A stretch of 64,000 nt of DNA, taken from Utricularia gibba. Its lineage: Eukaryota > Plantae > Magnoliophyta. This document shows positions 61,824-64,000 of this stretch, one piece after another. The DNA lies in contig NEEC01000010.1 of NCBI GenBank assembly GCA_002189035.1, positions 1,240,001 to 1,304,000 of the forward strand, read 5' to 3'. Both the position numbers and the translations under genes were made by a program. Numbering within the stretch: position 1 is the stretch's first letter; every line of letters begins with the position of its first letter. The notes below the pieces were generated by a model. It was not told the origin of the DNA and searched no databases. It was given only the letters and a program-made list of their open reading frames with translations.

Positions 61824-62691
61824 CGGTTCATAATCATTAATTAACCTTTAATTAAATATGAGATGTTGAAGTTCATCATTTTCAAAATTCATTCATGCAC
61901 GTGAAACTCAACCTTATCCTCTACAACGTGGTAAATTAGAAATCTGATCAGATATTGTGTGAGAAAAATGATTTTATATAATGTAAATTTTTTAACTTAA
62001 TATTGAAGAAATAATATACAAATGACCATTTTTATAAATGACCCGTATAGAATTATCAATCATTTTTTATTCGAATTTTGGAAAATTCGATTTTCTGGTC
62101 ATGTTTTAATGTTAATAATTTTTTTTTAACAGTAATTTTTTAAAATAAAAAAAACCCAAAAACTTACTGGAAGTTTTAGGATGTGGAATTAGATGAAGTG
62201 TTAAATACATCACTTAATGAACCAAAGATATAGAGTATGATAATTTGATTCAAGATACTTAAGATACATGAATATGGTAATGGGTTCTACACTAGTGATG
62301 ACTTGGTAACATGTAGCCACACATTATTTTTATTTTATTAGAGTAAATTAGTATTATTTTAACTTAAAAAAATAATTAAAACCAATCCCAAACATCAATA
62401 TATTTGATATTCACAAATCTATGGACACGAATATGTATATTAATTTAAATGATTAATTAAATTTTAAAATAAAAAATAGTTCATAAACAATTAGACAGTA
62501 TTTAGCAATTATGTTTAAAATCTTTGAACTTTATACCCACATATTACTTTCATATATAAATATATGTATACCTAAGAGGTGGGGATATGAATATTTTTAT
62601 ACCAATATATTTGGATTTGTCTATATTCAAATAATTTAAACTCATGAAAATCTAAATTCACTAACCAAAGAAAGCCAAAGGTGTATTTGAA

Positions 62692-62709
62692 TTATTATTA
62701 TTATTATTA
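62692..62709. repeat. (ATT)n microsatellite
   Basis: Read directly from the sequence. Confidence 0.85.
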
Positions 62710-63655
62710 TCAAGTATTTATAAAAATAATTAAACTGCCTCCTCAAATTATTTTTGTTTCGCCTCTGAAATATGGGCTTTTTCCCTCCTTATATATAGCC
62801 CATATACCAGAAAGCCCAAACACGGTAACTCTATCCAGGCCCATTATTACATTGTACACGACACAAGGGCTTTCTGCCCCGTGGCCCAACCCAACTCTGG
62901 GCCCACGAGCGATGATTTCTTTTCTCTTTCAACTATGTTTCCTTGTTGGACAGTGCTACGTGTTTGAAGATGGATCATATTTCTTCTTAGAATTTACTAT
63001 TTTATTAACTTAATATTTTTATGTTTTAAGTTAATTCTTGTTTTACATACTAATATATTTTAATTTAATAAATCCTTACATCTAAACATCGGATGAATTA
63101 GAAATTTAGCCGTGTCAGAATTGTGTGAGAAAAATAATTAATTATAATATAAATATTTTAACTTAGTGTGTGTAAGAGAATACATGGATGATCACTTTTC
63201 TAAATGACTCCAAATCCGTGTACAATTGTACATCAGAGCTCAATTGAGGGAAAAAATAAATATGAATAACAATAATTTAAAATTTTAATTATAAAGTATT
63301 ATAAAAAAAAAAGGGTATTAGAAGTTAGGTTCTTGTTCAAAGTCATCATAGTTTGACTGAACACTGTGACCACACAATATGGAATCTTTATGAAGGAATC
63401 CATTGATACATGATTTATTCATAATTCAAAATGAAAGTTACATCTTTATCTACTTCCCATTTGCATTTTTTCGTAATACAGCATGAAAAAATGAAATTTG
63501 AGATGTTCAATGAAAAAATTCGGATTTCGGATTTGAACTTATTATAGAGGAAATCCGAAACTTCGCCGAAATTGAAAACATTGATTTAATTTAACAACTT
63601 ATGTTTCAAAGAAAGCGCTTGGATTTCAAAGGGACTGCCTGGTTCGGTTCATAAA

Positions 63656-63935
63656 TCACTTGCTGCTCCAAAGCTCCGCCCTCTTCACCTTGGTCAGGCT
63701 CTCGACGACGCCGGACGGCGACACGTGTCCCCACACGATTACCCTCTTGCACTCCAGATCGATGCTGAAGGAGGTCACCCCTTCAAACACACTCACATTT
63801 TTAGGGTTTCAAATTGAATGCCACTGTGTTGCTGCGCATAATATAGATAGCATTTGCACCTTCCATTTTCGAGAGGTGCTTCTTCACTTTCCCTGCGCAG
63901 CCTTGGCAATGAATCGAGACCTTCATCACGACCAT
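63656..63935 (-). CDS. Heavy-metal-associated (HMA) domain protein, NAKR-like; only the last two exons are in the window
   Basis: Exons 63935-63860 and 63780-63656 give MVVMKVSIHCQGCAGKVKKHLSKMEGVTSFSIDLECKRVIVWGHVSPSGVVESLTKVKRAELWSSK*, with a CxxC metal-binding motif. Confidence 0.93.
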
Positions 63936-64000
63936 CTGCAGAGGCAACCCAAGGAACCATAACTTTTGAAACAAACTCAGCATATAAAGAAATGCATACC

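Overview
Eudicot plant nuclear DNA, gene-dense over 1-47.7 kb and TE/AT-rich over 48-58 kb. I read 14 protein-coding genes by manual splice reconstruction: MLO13-like (partial), a conserved gene of unknown function, CMS1/CMSS1, P4H1, KU70, a PORR-domain gene, a GDSL lipase, GPN1/QQT2, UPF3, BSH/SNF5, cytochrome c, ZRSR2/RGH3-like, ARF1 and NPF4.3/4.4, plus the 3' end of a NAKR-like HMA gene at the right edge. Intergenic DNA holds Tourist, hAT and MULE MITEs, a Ty3/gypsy RNase H relic and a probable solo LTR. I cannot show a new multi-gene system. The best leads are: (i) an unannotated miRNA-like 29-bp hairpin at 61731-61823 beside an unexplained block downstream of NPF4; (ii) a possible two-intron NMD switch in the UPF3 3'UTR; (iii) short duplications of splice sites in three genes (BSH, GPN1, P4H1); (iv) two micro organellar insertions (mitochondrial nad4, plastid ycf2). 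GPN1 and UPF3 each lack one base in a G/C run. Because GPN1 is essential, these are probably assembly errors. All homology calls come from recalled protein motifs; no database search was run.
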